Part shown: in pieces, positions 39,030 through 49,040 of the stretch
How positions within the stretch are numbered: position 1 is the stretch's first letter
Layout: each line of letters opens with the position of its first letter
DNA from: an uncultured Candidatus Saccharibacteria bacterium
GTDB taxonomy: Bacteria > Patescibacteriota > Minisyncoccia > UBA6257 > 2-01-FULL-56-20
Direction: 5' to 3'
Assembly: GCA_964365185.1 (NCBI GenBank)
Contig: CAYIOP010000003.1
Span: 40,828-104,827 of the forward strand
Length of the DNA: 64,000 nucleotides
Notes under the pieces: generated by a model
The model's database searches: none
What the model saw: only the letters and a program-made list of their open reading frames with translations
Told to the model about the DNA's origin: nothing
Program-made: the position numbers and the translations under genes

Positions 39030-39912
39030 ACTACGCGTCGAAAAGTGGTATGATACTCCACTGCCACTAGTAGCTAAAAATAAAAGCTGGAGACAATTTC
39101 TTGCCTCCAGCACTTGATCCTCTAGGATCAAGAAAACCCACATGTTCCAGGAATGTAACGTATTCCTAAAAAAGTACACCTGCCCCCTAAATTGCCGCGA
39201 AATGAGCTAACGAGAACAGAAGCTCTAGTCCCCAGTAGCCGGATACGCATTGCCGATACAGACATCTCGATTTCCTTGGTCCATACTATTCCCCGTCCTC
39301 TGGACCGCATGGTCGAAATGGTTCTTCCGGATCCCAACAACGTTTCATTCTAACCCCCATCTCCTTCTTTGTAGTCAAGACGTTTTCTCATCTTAACCTT
39401 CTTTCTCTAGCCCCACTTCTACGTGACCAGTGTTCGTTCCGAGTTCAATTCACATCCTCCAGACACCGCGGTTGTGCCGAATTAGTGAATAAAAGTGCGT
39501 CAGACAAGATCACCTCCTTCTCTATTCACCCTTTGTCGGATCAAAAAAAGAAGTAATTTCTTTCATTCTTTCACCTCCTCTCTTCCTTAAAATTTTTCTT
39601 AGGCCACCGACTCAGATCAACTCCCCGAAAACCGTGACGAACACAAAGCTCGTGAAGTCTACACAGAACTGTAAAAATTGAATTATTAGATCCCCCCCTT
39701 CGTCGCCCAATCCTACTTTCTTGTTTCATAAAATCTCCCTGTTAATATACTAAGATCATCATACAACATTTACACAGTCAAAACAAACTCACCTTATTCG
39801 CATTATTTGAATAAATTAGCATTATTAGCGATTACTCCTTTTTATTCGTATCATTCGTCCGCCAGCTGGCGGAACATTTGTAGATTGGCATTATGTAATA
39901 TAAAATATCCCT

Positions 39913-40953
39913 ATGCTCAAAAAAACCAAGGAGGAAAAAGGTGATAAAACCGAAAATAAAGACCTCGACCACGTCCTCTCTACTCTTCGGGACAAATACG
40001 GCGAAGGCGCGATTATGATGCTTGGCGAAGCCAGAAGAGTGGACGTTGAAGTTATTCCCACTGGTTCTTTTTCTTTAGACATCGCTTTAGGCGTCGGCGG
40101 GCTACCCCGCGGCCGGATTGTTGAAATTTTCGGGCCCGAATCGAGCGGTAAAACCACGCTCTCTTTAAATGTTGTGGCTCAAGCCCAAAAACAAGGCGGC
40201 CGAGCCGCTTACATTGATGCCGAGCACGCGCTAGACCCTGAATACGCCAAACGCCTAGGCGTTAAAATCAACGACCTTCTAATTTCCCAGCCCGACAACG
40301 GCGAAGAGGCCTTAAATATCTTGGAGTCCTTGGTTCGCTCCGAGGCCATCTCAGTAATTGTTGTGGATTCAGTGGCCGCTCTAACTCCCAGAGCTGAAAT
40401 CGAAGGCGAAATGGGCGCTCAATTTATCGGCCTCCAAGCGAGAATGATGTCTCAAGCGCTTCGAAAACTCACGGCCATTGCCGCCAAATCCAGAACTTTA
40501 ATTATTTTCATCAATCAAATCCGCATGCAAATCGGCATGATGTTCGGCAATCCCGAGACCACTCCCGGCGGCCGCGCTCTTAAATTCTACGCCTCGGTCC
40601 GCATCGACGTTCGTAGAGTAGCCCAAGTCAAAAAAGGTGAAAATGTGGTGGGCTCTCGCGTTAAAGCCAAAGTAGTCAAAAACAAAGTCGCCGCGCCTTT
40701 TAAGGTCTCGGAATTCGACATTATGTACGGCGAAGGCATCTCTTATGAAGCGGATGTGCTAAATGCCGGGCTAAAACACGGCGTCATCAAAAAATCCGGC
40801 GCCAGCTATAGTTTTGAAAACGAAAAACTCGGCGTTGGCTTTGACGCTATCCGCGAAAAATTAAAAATCGACAAAAAACTCTTAAAGGAAATCGAAAAAA
40901 AAGTTGAAGCCGAACTCCGCTCTCCAACCACCGTTTCTGCCTCCGAGGAATAA
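39913..40953 (+). CDS. recA: recombinase RecA
   Basis: Walker [13 protein letters not shown], loop L1/L2 regions and overall RecA collinearity. Confidence 0.9.
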   Translation: MLKKTKEEKGDKTENKDLDHVLSTLRDKYGEGAIMMLGEARRVDVEVIPTGSFSLDIALGVGGLPRGRIVEIFGPESSGKTTLSLNVVAQAQKQGGRAAYIDAEHALDPEYAKRLGVKINDLLISQPDNGEEALNILESLVRSEAISVIVVDSVAALTPRAEIEGEMGAQFIGLQARMMSQALRKLTAIAAKSRTLIIFINQIRMQIGMMFGNPETTPGGRALKFYASVRIDVRRVAQVKKGENVVGSRVKAKVVKNKVAAPFKVSEFDIMYGEGISYEADVLNAGLKHGVIKKSGASYSFENEKLGVGFDAIREKLKIDKKLLKEIEKKVEAELRSPTTVSASEE

Positions 40954-40971
40954 AAAAACGTACTTCTTATT

Positions 40972-41418
40972 TTAAAAAGACGGTTCAAAATCGTTGTTTG
41001 GAGTCGAGGTTGAAGTTGAATTCGGAGTCAAACCCGGAGTTAAATCAGTTGGCACGACAGGCAATCTTAACTCGGGAACTTCTTCGAAATTATTGTTTTG
41101 ATTATCAGATTGAGGCGTTGTTCTCAAAAAAGGATAAATAAAATAAATAAAAGATCCTATTATTATAATTGCCAAAACTAAAACCCAAATCACCGCCTTT
41201 GATTTTGGATTATTTAAACCGGCCAGCATTCCGGGTTTATTTTGAGAAACCGAAGACGCCAGTATGATTTTTTCTGATTTAGGAAAATTCCCACCCGACA
41301 AAATCATCGATTTTATATCTGACTCCAAAGTTCGAATCGTAATTTCAGTTGGCGGCGGCGGCACATAAGCGGTCTTATCCGACTCACTCTGCTCATAACC
41401 ATTAGAAAATTCAGCCAT
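40972..41418 (-). CDS. hypothetical membrane protein (Pro/Thr-rich)
   Basis: 148 aa with one transmembrane helix and low-complexity flanks. Confidence 0.35.
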   Translation of the reverse strand: MAEFSNGYEQSESDKTAYVPPPPTEITIRTLESDIKSMILSGGNFPKSEKIILASSVSQNKPGMLAGLNNPKSKAVIWVLVLAIIIIGSFIYFIYPFLRTTPQSDNQNNNFEEVPELRLPVVPTDLTPGLTPNSTSTSTPNNDFEPSF

Positions 41419-41475
41419 AAACTAATTATAGCAGGTCTTTCTTTCTCTTTCCTAATCTATATGATTTATTTAAAG

Positions 41476-41536
41476 ATTTTGTAAGTAATTTTCTGACTTA
41501 GGCCTTTTGGCTAGGAAGAAAATTATTTACAAAATC
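41476..41536. repeat. REP-like intergenic repeat (same family as 27110-27170)
   Basis: GTAAGTAATTTTCTGACTTAGGCCTTTTGGCTAGGAAGAAAATTATTTACAAAATC, immediately downstream of the pnp stop. Confidence 0.6.
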
Positions 41537-41576
41537 TTGATATTTTTATTTCCGAACAATGATTATCAGTATTACA

Positions 41577-43673
41577 TTACTGAGCTTGTTTTAGAGACAA
41601 AGCCACCCTGCCATCTTCCACCCGAATGACTTTGACTCTCACAAAGTCACCCTCCTTAACCACCTCTTTTACTTCTTTAACGAAACCGTTTTTAAGTTCT
41701 GAAATATGAATCATTCCATCCTGCCCTCCACCTAAATCCACAATCGCTCCAAATTCCAAAATCTTTATAATTTTACCCTCAACCATTTCCCCTATTTTAT
41801 ATTCCTTAGTAAGCGCTTGAATATCAGCCACTGCTTGATTCACGTTATTTTTATCCGTACCCGAGACAAAAATCCAACCGTCCTCATCAATATCAATTCC
41901 ACCCAGCGCGTATTTCTCAATCATTCCATTAATGACTTTGCCGCCCGGCCCGATCACCATTCCAATTTTAGATGAATCAATTTTAAGTCGTGAAATTATC
42001 GGCGCGTATTTTGAAAACTCTGGTTTTGGTTTGTCTAAAACTCCTTTCATAAAATTAAGAATTTTGACTCTCGCCTGTTTCGCCTGTTCGAGTGTCTTCT
42101 CTATCATCTCCATATTTAAACCATTAAATTTCACATCCATCTGGATAGCGGTCACCCCTTCCTCGGTTCCAGCTATTTTAAAATCCATGTCCCCATAATG
42201 GTCTTCCGGTCCTTGAATATCGGTTAAAATTTTATAATTGCCCTGCTCGTCGGACATCATCCCCATCGCAATTCCCGCCGCGGGTTTTCGAATCGGCACC
42301 CCCGCGTCCATGAGCGATAATGATCCCGCGCAAACCGAAGCCATCGAAGAAGAACCGTTCGAAGAAACAATCTCTGAAACTAAACGGATAGTATAAGGGA
42401 AATCTTCTTTTGAAGGAATCAATCGCTTTAAGGCCTTCTCGGCAAGCGCTCCGTGACCAATCTCCCGACGCCCCGGCGACCTAAATGATCCAATCTCCCC
42501 CACTGAATAAGGCGGAAAATTATAATGGAGCATAAATCTACGCTTCCCTGATGATTCCATTGTCTCAACTAATTGCTCTGCTCCCGGCGGCCCTAAAGTG
42601 GTGATAGCGAGCGCATGGGTATTACCTCTTTGAAAAACCGCTGACCCGTGCGTCCTCTCAAAAAGTCCCACTTCCGCATTAAGTTCTCGAACCTCATCCA
42701 TCGCCCTGCCATCCGGTCGCATCTCTTTTTGAAGCACGTTTTTATGAACCAACACATCCACGGCTTCATCAAAAATAAAATCAACTACTTTGAAATCCAT
42801 GGCTCCGGAATCCCCTTGATCTTCTTTTAAAAAATTAAAGAGCTGCTGTTTCAAATCAGCCATTCTTTCATAATATTGTGATCGATCCTTAATATAAACC
42901 ACCTCTTCCAATTTTCCCGATAAAAATTTATCTATTTTTGTTTTAAGTTCGACATCTGTGGTCGCTAAAACTATCTCCGATTTTTTACGGCCAACCTCTT
43001 TGACAATTTTTTTCTGAAAATCAATTAATTTATTAATCTCTTTTTGGCCGGCGGCAAACGCCTCTAAAATTTCCGATTCCTTCGCCTCATCTCCTTGAAG
43101 CTCCACCATATTAATTTTATCTTCCGGACCAGAAAGGAATGTCTCAAAAGAAAGATCCCCGGATTGCATCTCAGAATTAGTGGGATTAAAAATCATCTTG
43201 GCTCCGATCTTAGCCACTCTTACTCCCCCGATTGGTCCGCCCCACGGCACATCCGATATCGCAAGCGCTGCCGATGCTCCCATTAATCCCACAAAATCCG
43301 GATCGTTTTCTTCGTCAAAAGCTAAAACTGTCACCACTACCTGAATCTCTCTTCTAATTCGACTATCAAAAAGCGGCCGGAGTGTCCTATCTACTAATCG
43401 TCCCGAAAGCACTGCCTCATCCGACGGCCTGCCTTCTCTTCGAATAAACCTACTCCCAATAATTTTTCCCGCCGCATAAAATTTTTCTTCATAGTCCACC
43501 TTAAGCGGCAAATAATCCACGCTCGCCTCTTTTTTAGACATAACGACCGTCACCAACACCACTGTTTCACCATAGCGCGCCAAAATCGACGCATTGGTCT
43601 GCGGCGCCAAATTTGAAAGCTCTAACCTAAGCATCCTGCCACCCACTTCAATTTCAAATTGTTTTTTATTCAT
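41577..43673 (-). CDS. pnp: polyribonucleotide nucleotidyltransferase (PNPase)
   Basis: Two RNase PH domains, then KH and S1 domains at the C-terminus (...GKIIKILEFGAIVDL...). Confidence 0.9.
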   Translation of the reverse strand: MNKKQFEIEVGGRMLRLELSNLAPQTNASILARYGETVVLVTVVMSKKEASVDYLPLKVDYEEKFYAAGKIIGSRFIRREGRPSDEAVLSGRLVDRTLRPLFDSRIRREIQVVVTVLAFDEENDPDFVGLMGASAALAISDVPWGGPIGGVRVAKIGAKMIFNPTNSEMQSGDLSFETFLSGPEDKINMVELQGDEAKESEILEAFAAGQKEINKLIDFQKKIVKEVGRKKSEIVLATTDVELKTKIDKFLSGKLEEVVYIKDRSQYYERMADLKQQLFNFLKEDQGDSGAMDFKVVDFIFDEAVDVLVHKNVLQKEMRPDGRAMDEVRELNAEVGLFERTHGSAVFQRGNTHALAITTLGPPGAEQLVETMESSGKRRFMLHYNFPPYSVGEIGSFRSPGRREIGHGALAEKALKRLIPSKEDFPYTIRLVSEIVSSNGSSSMASVCAGSLSLMDAGVPIRKPAAGIAMGMMSDEQGNYKILTDIQGPEDHYGDMDFKIAGTEEGVTAIQMDVKFNGLNMEMIEKTLEQAKQARVKILNFMKGVLDKPKPEFSKYAPIISRLKIDSSKIGMVIGPGGKVINGMIEKYALGGIDIDEDGWIFVSGTDKNNVNQAVADIQALTKEYKIGEMVEGKIIKILEFGAIVDLGGGQDGMIHISELKNGFVKEVKEVVKEGDFVRVKVIRVEDGRVALSLKQAQ

Positions 43674-43823
43674 AATTTTACTTGCCCTCCTAAGTTTTCT
43701 TTTACCCTCCTAAATTTCATCAAAATTTTGGCGGGCTGAAAATTCTGAAGGGTTGCTCTCTTTTTTTCTTTAACTTTAATTTTTATTTATTAGCGGCGTT
43801 CGCCTACGTTCGAATCGTTAGTA

Positions 43824-44381
43824 TTATTTGCGCAAAATAACCCTCGGCACCTCTTCTAAATTAGTAAATCTATCCGCCGCTTCCTGAACTTTAGCCGAAG
43901 CCGTCCGCTTAAAAGCCGCCACTTCCACCAATCTCCCAACTCCCCACTTTAAGTAGTCGATGAGTGGCAAAAAATCTCCGTCGCCCGTTACCAACACCAC
44001 CACATCGAGAAATGGAGACATCCGAATCGCATCCACCGCCATTCCCACATCCCAATCCGCTTTTTTAAGTCCGTCCGGATAAATTTGCAAATCTTTAATC
44101 CTTAGTTCCAAACCGGATTTTTCAAGTGCCTCAAAAAAAGCCGACTCGCCTAAAGCCGTGTCGCTTTTAACCACGTAAGCCATCGCTCGAATAAGTTGCC
44201 GACCAGCCACCAAGTTTTTAATGAGCTCCGGATAATTTACGCGCGCGTGATAAAGATTTCTAGCTGAATGATAAAGATTCTGAACATCCACAAAAATCCC
44301 GATGCGCTGATTAACATACCCTAAATTTCCTTTCATAATCAATGTATTCTCCCTATTATTTTTTTCGTATCCAAAAGACAT
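43824..44381 (-). CDS. NYN-domain (LabA-like) protein
   Basis: IGIFVDVQNLYHSAR ... VVLVTGDGDFLPLIDYL matches PIN-like NYN nuclease motifs. Confidence 0.6.
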   Translation of the reverse strand: MSFGYEKNNRENTLIMKGNLGYVNQRIGIFVDVQNLYHSARNLYHARVNYPELIKNLVAGRQLIRAMAYVVKSDTALGESAFFEALEKSGLELRIKDLQIYPDGLKKADWDVGMAVDAIRMSPFLDVVVLVTGDGDFLPLIDYLKWGVGRLVEVAAFKRTASAKVQEAADRFTNLEEVPRVILRK

Positions 44382-44435
44382 AACGAAAAAAATAATAGGG
44401 AGAATACGATATTTTAAATAATTATCGCCCAGGCA

Positions 44436-44702
44436 TTATTTCTTCAGCCCCAATTTTTTCACTACTTTTAAATATTCGGCCGGTTCTTTCTTTTTTAAAT
44501 AATCCAAAAGTTTCCTCCGCTTTGAAACCATCTTTAGTAATCCCCTTCGCGAGTGGTTATCTTTCGGATTTTTCTTTAAATGTTTAGCCAATTCCTCAAT
44601 TTGGCGAGTCAAATTAGCCGTTTGCACCTGCGCCGAACCAGTGTCTTTATCGTGTTTTTGACTCTCCCCAATAATCTTGGCCTTCACTCGCTTAGTAAGC
44701 AT
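44436..44702 (-). CDS. rpsO: 30S ribosomal protein S15
   Basis: 88 aa with an S15-like helical hairpin (TGSAQVQTANLTRQIEELAKHLKKNPKDNHSRRGLLKMVSKRRKLLDYL). Confidence 0.85.
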   Translation of the reverse strand: MLTKRVKAKIIGESQKHDKDTGSAQVQTANLTRQIEELAKHLKKNPKDNHSRRGLLKMVSKRRKLLDYLKKKEPAEYLKVVKKLGLKK

Positions 44703-44902
44703 TTTGTCATTCTAAATTAAAAATTGTTAAAAATCAAGAGTCCCTCATTTTTTAACTAAAGAGTGAGGGATAAAAAAACCTGTCGCAAAATATCACAAAT
44801 AATATTATAATTTTGAAGTGTAAAATTTGTATTACTAGTATCGCTCTTTTTCTTACCAACTTGTTTCTAAAACCTAAAAACTATCACCTATCACCTAAAA
44901 TT

Positions 44903-45793
44903 ATGACTATTGAATCCGCCCTTAAAAATTACTTGGATTATCTCGAAATCGAAAAAAATCGCTCCCCCAAAACCCGCGAAAATTATGAACACTACCTGCG
45001 TCAATTTATAGATTCCTCTAAAATCAAAACCCCTGAAGCCATTAACGAAAATATTGTCCGAGAATTTAGGGTCTCGCTTTCAAGAAAAAACCTCAAAAAA
45101 ATCACCCAAAATTATTATGTCATCGCCATCCGGAATTTCCTGAAATATCTAACCAAACACGACCTCAAGGTTCTCTCGCCTGACAAAATCGAACTCCCAA
45201 GGGTAAGTCGCCGCCAAATAGAAATTTTGGAATATAAAGACCTTGAACGTTTAATTGCCGCCCCAGCCGGTTCTGATCTCCGCTCCCTCCGTGATAAAGC
45301 CATTCTTGAAACCTTTTTTTCAACCGGCCTCCGTCTCTCCGAACTCTGCTCGCTCGACCGATTTTTGGACTTTAATCGCGCGGAAATATCTATTCGAGGC
45401 AAAGGCGAAAAAATCCGCGTTGTCTTTCTATCTCCTTCAGCTCTCTCTTCAATCAAAAAATATCTTGAAAAAAGATCGGATGCCGAGTCCGCACTATTCA
45501 TCAGTTTAACCAAAGCCAAAAATCCAAAAGTTCTCGGCCGCATCACTCCCCGCGCCGTGGAACGCCTAGTCGCTCTCTACGGTAAAATAGCTGGCATCCC
45601 GGCCTCTAAAATCAGCCCGCACAAAATCCGCCACCAATTCGCCACCGACCTCCTGATGAATGGAGCCGACCTGCGCGCGGTCCAAGAAATGCTTGGCCAC
45701 TCCTCTATCTCCACCACTCAAATCTACACCCACATTACCAACAAACAATTAAAAGAAATCCATCAAGCCTTTCATGGAAAAAGAAGAGAGTAA
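44903..45793 (+). CDS. tyrosine-type site-specific recombinase (XerC/XerD family)
   Basis: N-terminal SAM-like core-binding domain; C-terminal catalytic residues R...HxxR...Y (HKIRHQFATDLL...GHSSISTTQIYTHI). I set the start to the ATG at 44903, in frame with the track ORF. Confidence 0.8.
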   Translation: MTIESALKNYLDYLEIEKNRSPKTRENYEHYLRQFIDSSKIKTPEAINENIVREFRVSLSRKNLKKITQNYYVIAIRNFLKYLTKHDLKVLSPDKIELPRVSRRQIEILEYKDLERLIAAPAGSDLRSLRDKAILETFFSTGLRLSELCSLDRFLDFNRAEISIRGKGEKIRVVFLSPSALSSIKKYLEKRSDAESALFISLTKAKNPKVLGRITPRAVERLVALYGKIAGIPASKISPHKIRHQFATDLLMNGADLRAVQEMLGHSSISTTQIYTHITNKQLKEIHQAFHGKRRE

Positions 45794-45828
45794 CTTTCTG
45801 ATTTAAAGCTGTAGACGAAAATAATCTG

Positions 45829-45911
45829 TGCCGAAGGAGAGATTTGAACTCTCACGGGATTACTCCCACATGGTCCTAAACCATGCGCGTCTGCCATTTC
45901 GCCACTTCGGC
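45829..45911 (-). tRNA. tRNA-Leu (anticodon TAG)
   Basis: Reverse complement is a class II tRNA: acceptor GCCGAAG/CTTCGGC, anticodon arm CATGG-TTTAGGA-CCATG, long variable arm, T-arm GAGAG-TTCAAAT-CTCTC. Confidence 0.8.
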
Positions 45912-46150
45912 AAAAACCTCACAAAACACCAAAAAAATCATCCGTATATACCTATTTGTTAAGGCATTCATATACTACATTACAACATCGTATTTTATTT
46001 GACAAATAAAAAAATATATGATAAGATACTAGACGCAGAAATTCCGCTCTTCTTTAAAAAGAATATCGAAATTTTCTGTAGAAACGGCGATTCAAAAACT
46101 CGCCACCCGCAACTTGAAAATTGAAAATAACCAGATACAAGGAGAATTCA

Positions 46151-47242
46151 ATGAACAGTCTGTTTGTAGGAGCAGGAATCGGGCTAGTTATTGTTACTAT
46201 CGCCCTCCTCCTTTCCCTTTTCTATCTTACTCTTCTTCTCCTCGCGAAAAACAACTTGTTTTTCACGTATGTTGAAGAGGGTAGAGCTAAAGCCGTCATG
46301 GAATACGGCGAATTTCACAAGATGGTAATGGTTTATAAAGACCATTATTTTGACCAACTAGGTTTCGTTCGCCACGTAAGTGAAGAAGGAAAAATCGCCA
46401 AAATCGCGAATGGAAGAGTGGATGAAAAATCAATTCTCGACGACAAACATTACAAAATTGAACTCGAGAAACCGAAATCATTCTTGCCAAAAGGCATAAA
46501 ATGGATCGGTAACCCCTTCGTTTACTCTGTACATAGCTACACCTTTCGCTGGGATTCTTTAAGGCAAGAAGTCCTAGAAAGCGGAGCTATCATTCAAAAA
46601 ACCATCCATCACGACGAAAAAATAGATTACATCATTGTTCAAGATGATGTCTATGTAACTGTCGTGAAAGAAGCCGAGACTAAACAGATGGTTCCTTTAG
46701 ACATTCTAGCAGTTCTTACTATTCGCGTTGTAAACCCTTATAAAGCTTTATTCCGCACCCAAGAGTGGCTGGAACAAACCACCAACTTGATTACACCCGC
46801 CATTCGAAGTTTTGTAGGCAACAAAGAATATGAAGACCTAACTACCGAAATGAAAGAAGGGGGACAAACCCAGAAAGCAGCTGAACAAGGATTTCTCACT
46901 GAATCACGAATGGACGAAGAAATCCAAGAAGATTACGGAGTTCGCATCAAGAAAGTCGGTTTTATTAGAATCGACCCTTCCGGCGCAAGAGCTTTAAAAT
47001 ACGTTGCTGCTGCTTCCAAAAAATACGAAGCTCAGAAAAAAGCAGAATCAATTGAAGTTTTGGCTGATGCCGAGGAAGGTCGGATTCGGAAAGTTTACCA
47101 AGCCGTTCAAGATTTCGGTCCTACTGGCACCTCGATTCGAGGAGCAGAAGCGATTGAAAAATCGTCTCAAACAGGAAAATCGACCATCATTCCATTCCCA
47201 GTTGAAATTCTAAATTTCGTCAAACAGGTGATTGGTAGATAA
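46151..47242 (+). CDS. SPFH/Band-7 (stomatin/prohibitin-like) domain membrane protein
   Basis: N-terminal transmembrane helix, SPFH core (...GVRIKKVGFIRIDPS...) and a coiled-coil tail (AEEGRIRKV). I set the start at ATG 46151, preceded by AAGGAG; the track ORF begins at an upstream TTG. Confidence 0.6.
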   Translation: MNSLFVGAGIGLVIVTIALLLSLFYLTLLLLAKNNLFFTYVEEGRAKAVMEYGEFHKMVMVYKDHYFDQLGFVRHVSEEGKIAKIANGRVDEKSILDDKHYKIELEKPKSFLPKGIKWIGNPFVYSVHSYTFRWDSLRQEVLESGAIIQKTIHHDEKIDYIIVQDDVYVTVVKEAETKQMVPLDILAVLTIRVVNPYKALFRTQEWLEQTTNLITPAIRSFVGNKEYEDLTTEMKEGGQTQKAAEQGFLTESRMDEEIQEDYGVRIKKVGFIRIDPSGARALKYVAAASKKYEAQKKAESIEVLADAEEGRIRKVYQAVQDFGPTGTSIRGAEAIEKSSQTGKSTIIPFPVEILNFVKQVIGR

Positions 47243-47285
47243 CCATCATCTGAAACACCAAGATAGAAAGGAAGGTATTAACCCC

Positions 47286-48419
47286 GTGAAGAAGTTCGTA
47301 AAATACGGCTTAATAGCTCTTGGCTCTTTGGCCCTAATAACAGTGGTTGGATTGATTACCAATATCAATTCTAAAACACTTTGGAACGGTCTCCTCTTTT
47401 TTATTGGACTCTTTGTAATTCTGACTATCGGTATATTCGCTATCGCGATGATAGCTAAAATTACAAGATCATCCGGTCAACGCCCAACTCCAACCGGAAC
47501 AACTCCTCAAAAATCCTTTTGGGAGAAATTCCTCGAGAGTCCGATTGGAAAATCCACAGCCACCGCCACTTTTCTGATTTTCCTCTACGGCCTCATCCTC
47601 TGGCTTCTCTACGGACCAATTTCTCAAATGATCCGATCTAAATGGGCAATGCCTGAATTTTCAGCGTGGATGCTTGTAACTATCCTCGGCTTAGCATTAA
47701 TCACGCCTGCGCTTTGGAAACTCTTCGCTGTCGCTGGAATCCCTGGTGACTACAAAAATGTCAAAAGTGGACTCCGTGCCGTCTCCTTAGCTATAGCTAT
47801 CTTCCTCGCTTACGCCCATTATGGAGGAAAACAACTATTCGACGAAAAGAGTGGACAAGCCAATTTCATGGTTGATGAAAAAAACGGGCAGATGCACTTT
47901 ATCAAGCCAGCAAGTGGCGAAGATAGCGACACCGCTCGTTTTTCACCTGAAACCGGAGAGAAGCTCCGGCCCGGCAAAAAGGAAGATGCAAAAAAAATTG
48001 GGCCTCCATCTCAAAACATCCTCCAAAGAGCCGTAGAGGTAGTCAAAAGGGAAAATCAAACCCCTTGCGACACAGTGGTTCTCGCTCCCAACACCACTAC
48101 CTATTCACCCACCCAAAACCAAAGCCAGTGGGTACTCTACGTCATACCAGCTGGGAACGGCTGGTCGGGAGTAATATCCGAAAGCGACAAAATGGCTGGA
48201 GGCTACTGGTTTCAAACAGAAGTAAAAACTTTGGTTCAAGCCAGAAAAAAAGACGTATGGAGTATTAGTCAAGAAACGTACGTCGAGGGAAAATGGCTGC
48301 CCCCGATTCCAAACGGGAAAGGGATAAAAGTGCCAAAAGAATATTTCTTCAACACTTCCAACCTTAAGTGGCGCCAGGACCCTGAGCAAGAAATTCAAGT
48401 TCTTGCTCGGTGGAACTAA
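47286..48419 (+). CDS. membrane protein with four transmembrane helices and a C-terminal extracytoplasmic domain (hypothetical), likely co-operonic with the SPFH gene
   Basis: GTG start at 47286 preceded by AAGGAAGG; four hydrophobic helices and a ~200-aa soluble tail with no recognised motif. Confidence 0.45.
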   Translation: MKKFVKYGLIALGSLALITVVGLITNINSKTLWNGLLFFIGLFVILTIGIFAIAMIAKITRSSGQRPTPTGTTPQKSFWEKFLESPIGKSTATATFLIFLYGLILWLLYGPISQMIRSKWAMPEFSAWMLVTILGLALITPALWKLFAVAGIPGDYKNVKSGLRAVSLAIAIFLAYAHYGGKQLFDEKSGQANFMVDEKNGQMHFIKPASGEDSDTARFSPETGEKLRPGKKEDAKKIGPPSQNILQRAVEVVKRENQTPCDTVVLAPNTTTYSPTQNQSQWVLYVIPAGNGWSGVISESDKMAGGYWFQTEVKTLVQARKKDVWSISQETYVEGKWLPPIPNGKGIKVPKEYFFNTSNLKWRQDPEQEIQVLARWN

Positions 48420-48461
48420 AAAATTTCCTGAGTGAAAATAAAATTTACTTAGGACCAAAAC

Positions 48462-48494
48462 AAAGCTCTGCGCTCAACCGCGCAGAGCTTTTTT
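48462..48494 (+). terminator. rho-independent terminator
   Basis: GCTCTGCGC-tcaacc-GCGCAGAGC followed by TTTTTT, directly after the 47286..48419 CDS. Confidence 0.7.
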
Positions 48495-48508
48495 AATTCT
48501 CCGAACAC

Positions 48509-48546
48509 AAAAACCCCCGCGACAAATATTCGTCTCGGGGGTTTTC
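48509..48546. terminator. bidirectional terminator-like hairpin
   Basis: AAAAA-CCCCCGCGAC-aaatattc-GTCTCGGGGG-TTTT; this is the convergent terminator for the minus-strand gene ending at 48574. Confidence 0.6.
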
Positions 48547-48573
48547 AAAATCCAAAAAGCTAAAACTGGCTAT

Positions 48574-48942
48574 TTATAAGGGAACGTCTACATCTGCACA
48601 TGTTCCGGCATCGCCTCCCAAAATCGATCCCACCACTCTTGGTACCGCTGTAGCCAAAAGTCCCACTGCCACCGCAATTGCCGCATAAAGAATCTGTTTA
48701 TTCGCTGCTGCCACCTTCTCTGAATCCCCGCCCGCAGTCAAATACTTGAAAGCCGCCATAATAATAAAGATCACCGCCAGCACAATTAATACCACAAGCA
48801 AAATTCTAGTTATCCTCTCAATCACTTTTATCACATCGCAAAAATCCCTTACCGCGGGATCCTGTTGAGCTAAAGCCAATACCGGCACTATCACCTGCAA
48901 GGCCAAAACCGACCACAAAGTTATCTTTTTAAACTTTTCCAT
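48574..48942 (-). CDS. small secreted two-helix membrane protein, VirB2/TrbC-pilin-like (paralog 1)
   Basis: Signal peptide (…VLALAQQ), then two hydrophobic helices, with the motif LTAGGDSEK…NKQILYAAIAVAVG shared with the ORFs at 49041 and 49454. Confidence 0.4.
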   Translation of the reverse strand: MEKFKKITLWSVLALQVIVPVLALAQQDPAVRDFCDVIKVIERITRILLVVLIVLAVIFIIMAAFKYLTAGGDSEKVAAANKQILYAAIAVAVGLLATAVPRVVGSILGGDAGTCADVDVPL

Positions 48943-49040
48943 AATCTCTAAAATCTATTAATTATTTAGTCGCATAGAAACTTGCCTCGACCTTTCAATA
49001 TATTTATTATATATCGATCTTAAAAAAATTGCCACCCAAC

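Noticed and set aside
39499-39510. 16S rRNA 3'-end-like sequence GATCACCTCCTT
   Set aside because: It is an isolated 12-mer with a partial GCGGTTG upstream. No other rRNA-like sequence is nearby and the region is far too short to be an rRNA gene. It is probably a chance anti-SD-like motif.
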